Shown here piece by piece: positions 28,895-33,770 of a stretch of 33,770 bases of DNA. The first letter of the stretch is position 1, and each line of letters opens with the position of its first letter. A program made the translations under genes and the position numbers. This DNA is from Deltaproteobacteria bacterium (lineage in GTDB: Bacteria > Desulfobacterota > DSM-4660 > Desulfatiglandales > B25-G16), in NCBI GenBank assembly GCA_020349945.1, contig CP070704.1, positions 643,243 to 677,012 on the forward strand, given 5' to 3'. Under the pieces are notes generated by a model. That model was not told the origin of the DNA. It did no database searches and saw only the letters and a list, made by a program, of their open reading frames with translations.

Positions 28895-30001
28895 TCATTC
28901 CTGAAACATAAACCTCCTCATACTTATATTCATTATCAAGCCCATAGCAGCCATAGTGGAAATTACAGACGATCCGCCATAGCTAAACAGAACCAATGGT
29001 ATTCCGACTACTGGGAGTAAACCGGTTACCATGCTGACATTTATAGCTACGTGCCAGAAAATCGATGCAGCAATACCTACGACAATAAGGGCGCCGAACT
29101 TATCTTTGCTATTTTTGGCTATATTGAGGCACCATAGTATTAAGAATAAGTACAGCAACAAGAGCAGTGCAGAACCTACAAAGCCCCACTCCTCTGCCAA
29201 AACAGAAAACGAAAAATCGGTATGTTGTTGTGGAAGAAAATTTAACCTTGTCTGGGTCCCTTTAAGAAAGCCTTTCCCCCAAAGAAGGCCTGAACCAATA
29301 GTGATCTTCGACTGGGTAACATGATAGGCGGCACCTAAGGGATCCAGATCAGGCCTTAAAAATGCTATTATGCGTCTCTTCTGGTATTCCTCGAGGATGA
29401 TCCAAAAAAAGGGCGCTGAAAGAAGTGCCGTGAATAAAAATATCAGCATTGACTTCCAGTTTACATTAACAAAGATAATAATTGAGAAGGAAACTATGAG
29501 TAACATCAGAGCCGTTCCCAGGTCAGGCTGATGGACTATGATAACGAAAGGGACGGCAATCAAGGTTAACGGTCTCAATAAATCCCTAACTCGGTAATTT
29601 CCCATCCTTTCTAGTTCAGAAAAATATTTAGCGAGAACAACAACAAGAGATATCTTCACCATCTCAGAAGGTTGGACAGAAAAATAACCAAAACTCAACC
29701 AGCGCTGAGAGCCATGTGTAACCTTGCCCATCTTGAGGGAAGCGAACAGAAAGATCACGGTGATAAAAAACAATGGATAAGCAAGCCGACCTAGAATATG
29801 GTAGTCAAAAGTTGTCATCAAAAGAAGAATCAAGAAACCTATTCCAAACCAACAGATTTGTCTAACGTAAATCTGGCTCTGCCCCATAGATCTAATCGTG
29901 TAGGTAGCACTGTAAAGATTAAAGATGCTCAGCAACCCTATCAATATCAATATAGCTAAAAGTATCCAGTCAAAGTTATTGATCAATCGACGATCGAACA
30001 T
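28895..30001 (-). CDS. rodA: Rod shape-determining SEDS protein RodA
   Basis: Motifs GSQRW, QPSE, QPDLGTA, FLPQQHTDF and GIPLVLFSYGGSS; follows mrdA. Confidence 0.96.
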   Translation of the reverse strand: MFDRRLINNFDWILLAILILIGLLSIFNLYSATYTIRSMGQSQIYVRQICWFGIGFLILLLMTTFDYHILGRLAYPLFFITVIFLFASLKMGKVTHGSQRWLSFGYFSVQPSEMVKISLVVVLAKYFSELERMGNYRVRDLLRPLTLIAVPFVIIVHQPDLGTALMLLIVSFSIIIFVNVNWKSMLIFLFTALLSAPFFWIILEEYQKRRIIAFLRPDLDPLGAAYHVTQSKITIGSGLLWGKGFLKGTQTRLNFLPQQHTDFSFSVLAEEWGFVGSALLLLLYLFLILWCLNIAKNSKDKFGALIVVGIAASIFWHVAINVSMVTGLLPVVGIPLVLFSYGGSSVISTMAAMGLIMNISMRRFMFQE

Positions 30002-31887
30002 TCCAGCTTGGTACTCCTTTCATGCGCCTCCCAAAATCTCCCTTTCTCCTGCTCAGGCCTCAACTTATCAAAATAACTTTCTAGTATATCTCTTGCGATG
30101 GGTGCCGCTATGCTTCCTCCTTGACCACTATGCTCTATAAGAATGGCTAACGCTATCAATGGATTTTCAGCAGGGGCAACAGCCGCAAACCATGCGTGAT
30201 CTCTAAATTCATATGGAACATCTCTTTCTTCTACGGAGCTCTCTTCCGCGGGTAAAGCAATTACTTGCGCAGTACCTGTCTTACCAGCCACCCTTATCTG
30301 ATCAAGCCTTGCGCTCTTTCCTGTTCCATGAGGCTCATTCACAACAGCGATAAGGGCCTTTTTTACCAGTTCCATGTTTTCTTTTCTTAGACTCCAGCGC
30401 CTTACCATATCAGGCTTCAATTGAAAAACCCCGTTCTTATCCTCTCCCCCTATCCATTTCGTTACCTGTGGCCTCAACAGATCCCCCCCATTAAAAAGGG
30501 CTGATATAAATCTTACTATTTGAATAGGCGTCACAAGGATAAAGCTTTGTCCAACAGACACACACAATGTCTCCCCTTCCTGCCATGGAACATGCCATCG
30601 CCTTAACTTCCAGGCCCTATCTGGAATAAGGCCTGGTTTCTCATCTCCTAATTCAAGGCCTGTCAAACAGCCTAGGCCAAGCCTTTTGGCATACTTTGCA
30701 ATGGTATCAATGCCCAGCGCCTGCCCCACTTGATAAAAGTAGACGTCACATGACTCAACTAACGCCCTGTGTAAATCAACGTAACCATGCCCTCCCTCTT
30801 TCCAATCGCGATATGTCCTGCCTTGAAAACTATAACTTCCTCCACAAAAGATCTCTTCATCGGGATCAATTATCCCTTCTTCTAATCCTGCCAAGGCTAC
30901 CACTACCTTGAAAAGAGAACCTGGTGGATACTGTCCTGAGATCACCCTATTCTGTAACGGAAAGTGGGGATTAGAGATCAATCTTTCCCATCCTTTCTTA
31001 TCCATCCCTTTCGCAAAATCATTGGGATTAAAAGCCGGGGCGCTAGCTATAGCTAATATCTCTCCACTACTTGGATTCATGGCAACAATAGCACCCACTT
31101 TACCATTGAGGGATCTCTCGGCCAACATTTGAAGATCCTTATCTATCGTAAGAAAAACATTAAACCCTGGCTCTGCCGCCTTTTGGTAAAGCACTCTCAG
31201 TATTCGCCCTGAGGCATCTACCTCATACTGTTGCCCTCCCCTACTGCCATTCAGATGTCGGTGCCATTTCTTCTCTATGCCACACTTACCGACAAAATCG
31301 CCAAGTTTATTTTCCTTATATTCCTGCCCAGCAAGCTGTTCTCTATCAATTTCCCCAAGATAACCAATGAGATGGGCAGCGAGGGTATTGTATATGCAAT
31401 GCCTTCTAGGCTTCGCTTCTATAATCACACTTGGCATGCTAAAGATGTTAGTCTCTATTCTGGCTAACTCATCCCTTGTAAGGTCCTTTTTTATGTAAAC
31501 CGGATTAAATGGATTCCATCTTAGGGCACTTTTTGTCTTCTCTTTAGCGGTTAGGCTATCGATTTCGATCAATCTGCCCAGATCTTTTATCAAACCATCA
31601 AGGTTTCTGACTTCCCCTGGAATCGCACCCAAGATAAATGAAGGCCTATTATCGACTAGTAGTTGACCATTCTTGTCAAAGATTGATCCTCTATAGGGTA
31701 AAACGTCCCTTAAGTCTATTCTATTATTTTCTGATTGTATCCTATATTTGGGCCCATTAATGATCTGTAAAGACCACAACCTTACAAACAAAACGCCAAA
31801 TAGAATAAGGACAAAGAATGTTAACCTTGTTAGGCGTTTCTGATAAATCTCTGTCTCTACGGAATCAAAACCTGAACGACCTACCAT
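29983..31887 (-). CDS. mrdA: Penicillin-binding protein 2
   Basis: RGSIFDKNG, SxxK (GSLFK), SCD and GKTGTAQ; located in the mre operon. Confidence 0.96.
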   Translation of the reverse strand: MVGRSGFDSVETEIYQKRLTRLTFFVLILFGVLFVRLWSLQIINGPKYRIQSENNRIDLRDVLPYRGSIFDKNGQLLVDNRPSFILGAIPGEVRNLDGLIKDLGRLIEIDSLTAKEKTKSALRWNPFNPVYIKKDLTRDELARIETNIFSMPSVIIEAKPRRHCIYNTLAAHLIGYLGEIDREQLAGQEYKENKLGDFVGKCGIEKKWHRHLNGSRGGQQYEVDASGRILRVLYQKAAEPGFNVFLTIDKDLQMLAERSLNGKVGAIVAMNPSSGEILAIASAPAFNPNDFAKGMDKKGWERLISNPHFPLQNRVISGQYPPGSLFKVVVALAGLEEGIIDPDEEIFCGGSYSFQGRTYRDWKEGGHGYVDLHRALVESCDVYFYQVGQALGIDTIAKYAKRLGLGCLTGLELGDEKPGLIPDRAWKLRRWHVPWQEGETLCVSVGQSFILVTPIQIVRFISALFNGGDLLRPQVTKWIGGEDKNGVFQLKPDMVRRWSLRKENMELVKKALIAVVNEPHGTGKSARLDQIRVAGKTGTAQVIALPAEESSVEERDVPYEFRDHAWFAAVAPAENPLIALAILIEHSGQGGSIAAPIARDILESYFDKLRPEQEKGRFWEAHERSTKLECSIVD

Positions 31888-31934
31888 GATAAGCCATCAA
31901 AAAATAACGATAAACAAACCAGAGGTGCCTCCTT

Positions 31935-32474
31935 TTAGGCATAATCTCGATTCTCTTTTCCTCTTACCAGATCTAGGAAATAGAACAAAAATGGGGCAAT
32001 CATGCCTGTTATGAGAGCAGAAATACATACCGAAATAAAGCTTATCGAAGGGATGCGTTGCCCTAAAGGGAAAATGCTCATGATAATAAGGAGAAGGGAC
32101 CACTTAGCCACAACAAAAAAGGCCACCAATAACATTGAGGTCCTGATTTTGGTGAAATCCAAAAACTGGCGACAGTAATTAACTCCAAGAAGGATAGCAG
32201 AATAGGTAAAAGCAAACAAACCAAGCTGACATGGAGCGAATATGTCTGTCAGCACCCCCATAAAAAAAGCCAGACAACCGGCCCTAAAGTTTTGATCCTG
32301 GCCGATGAGATATATGAGGAAGATAGGAATTAGATCGATATCAACCCATTCAATCCCTATAAGATGGGTTATGCCCCCCCTTAAAATTACAACGATCCCG
32401 CATGTTAGCCAGATTAAGGCATGGAAAAATACATTTTTCTGTTTCCCTAGCCCTAAATTAACCCTAATACCCAC
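31935..32474 (-). CDS. mreD: Rod shape-determining protein MreD
   Basis: Highly hydrophobic, about 180 aa, with IDL and FFMGVLTD..GLFA motifs; between mreC and mrdA. Start uncertain. Confidence 0.85.
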   Translation of the reverse strand: MGIRVNLGLGKQKNVFFHALIWLTCGIVVILRGGITHLIGIEWVDIDLIPIFLIYLIGQDQNFRAGCLAFFMGVLTDIFAPCQLGLFAFTYSAILLGVNYCRQFLDFTKIRTSMLLVAFFVVAKWSLLLIIMSIFPLGQRIPSISFISVCISALITGMIAPFLFYFLDLVRGKENRDYA

Positions 32475-32505
32475 TCCACTACCGCGATAAGATTAGCTAT
32501 GTCGC

Positions 32506-33351
32506 TTATGGCATCTCAGGCTCTCTTAAAGGCACAAAACCTGATCTCAAAATTATGAGAACCTCCTCTAACTTAGAGAACTCCACAGCGGGGATTACCC
32601 TAACATCCTTGAATAGCTTATTGGGCGAATCAGTAATCTTTCTAACCTTACCCAGATAAAGACCCTTGGGGAATACCCTTCCCAACCCTGAGGTTACAAT
32701 AGTGTCGCCTGCTTTTATCTCACCTGTTTTTATCACATAATCCAAATAACATTCGTTTGATCCGCTTCCTTTTAGCATCCCTCTCCCCCTTGACCTCTGA
32801 ACCAACCCGTCAACAGCACTGTTTTGATCTGTAATCAATAATGCCTGGGCGTAATTAGGGGAGACAGAAACTATCCTTCCGACAACTCCCTCTGAATTAA
32901 CAACCGGCATGTTTATCGTAAGACCATCGTTTTCCCCTTTATCTATCATGATAGATTTAAACAACCCGCTTGAATCCCACCCGATCACCCTTGCCGCCAA
33001 AAGAGGCTCATTCGTATTCTCTTGAAAGTTTAGGAGGTTCCGCAGGCGCTGATTAGCCAACAAGAGCTCTTGATACTTACTATTTTCGAGCTTGAGGAGG
33101 TTTATCTCTTTTTTGAGGAGTAAATTCTCTTGGCGTGTTTCAACCAAGGAAAAATAGTCTCTCCATATACCCCTAACTACGGAGATTGTCCCCACAAAAA
33201 ATCTTTGAAATGGGGCGGTCATCTCGACAGCGATCTTTTCTGCCGGATTCCAATCTTGCCCCCTGCCACTGCTAAGAGACAGCAAGATTAGGGATAAGAT
33301 AACGAAGATATAAAAAACCCATTTCGGCCTATGCTCTGGAAAAATGGTCAA
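32506..33351 (-). CDS. mreC: Rod shape-determining protein MreC
   Basis: TM helix, coiled coil (ENLLLKKE, NQRLRNLL), IDKG, GVVGRI and TSGLGRVFPKGL. Confidence 0.95.
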   Translation of the reverse strand: MTIFPEHRPKWVFYIFVILSLILLSLSSGRGQDWNPAEKIAVEMTAPFQRFFVGTISVVRGIWRDYFSLVETRQENLLLKKEINLLKLENSKYQELLLANQRLRNLLNFQENTNEPLLAARVIGWDSSGLFKSIMIDKGENDGLTINMPVVNSEGVVGRIVSVSPNYAQALLITDQNSAVDGLVQRSRGRGMLKGSGSNECYLDYVIKTGEIKAGDTIVTSGLGRVFPKGLYLGKVRKITDSPNKLFKDVRVIPAVEFSKLEEVLIILRSGFVPLREPEMP

Positions 33352-33375
33352 TTATTTTAAACCCGAACTTTTCAA

Positions 33376-33770
33376 TTACTTTATCATGATCTCCCTTAAA
33401 ACCGACAGATTATCCAAGGCCCTTCCTGCCCCTATAGCAACAGTGCTCAGTGGGTCATCTGTGATAGTGATCGGCAGGCGTGTCTCCTCTCTGAGCAAGA
33501 CATCGAGGTTCTTAAGAAGGGCCCCGCCTCCAACTAAGACAATGCCCTTATCCACCACATCAGCTGATAGCTCAGGTGGGGTCTGCTCCAGGGCAATCCT
33601 CACGGTCTCAACAATGGTCTCTACCTGCTCGGATATGGCATTTCTGACCTCCTCTGAATCGATGGTCAGTATCTTTGGTATGCCGGTGACAAGATCCCTG
33701 CCCTTGACCTCTATACACTCCGGCTCATCCATGGGGTATGCGCTGCCAACCGTGACCTTGATGAGCTCCG
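33376..33770 (-). CDS. mreB: Rod shape-determining actin homolog MreB, 5' truncated by the window edge
   Basis: Frame is open to the window end (ELIKVTVGSAYP...). Motifs VKGRDLVTGIPK, LEQTPPELSAD and GGGALL. Confidence 0.96.
   Translation of the reverse strand, partial: ELIKVTVGSAYPMDEPECIEVKGRDLVTGIPKILTIDSEEVRNAISEQVETIVETVRIALEQTPPELSADVVDKGIVLVGGGALLKNLDVLLREETRLPITITDDPLSTVAIGAGRALDNLSVLREIMIK

Overview
A gene-dense bacterial chromosome segment. Gene content and order suggest an anaerobic Desulfobacterota (deltaproteobacterial) host, which is an inference. The left end carries a 5'-truncated non-Cys (His-type) thi4, thiE and mgtE on the + strand. Everything else is on the - strand, in transcription order: mreB(partial)-mreC-mreD-mrdA-rodA-bactofilin; a complete nine-gene A/V-type ATP synthase operon in archaeal order (H/G-I-K-E-C-F-A-B-D) whose duplicated c subunit has a single Na+-type site; a small membrane ORF; zapB-zapA-6S RNA-rny; ftsE-ftsX-envC-ctpA-yibQ-like; a DegT-family aminotransferase, a PAC2-family gene and purA; a four-gene cstA cluster; and a patatin. 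Two things stand out. (1) The cstA cluster pairs the transporter with a small hydrophobic protein, a single-domain Get3/ArsA-like ATPase, and a membrane-anchored protein whose motifs resemble eukaryotic CCDC47/DUF1682 by eye. It may be an uncharacterised membrane-protein biogenesis or regulatory module. (2) The archaeal-type ATP synthase occupies the slot where, as I recall, related bacteria keep their F1 atp genes, suggesting in-place replacement. Several intergenic regions contain candidate structured RNAs. I saw no tRNA, rRNA, CRISPR array or transposase. All family calls come from motif recognition by eye; no searches were run.
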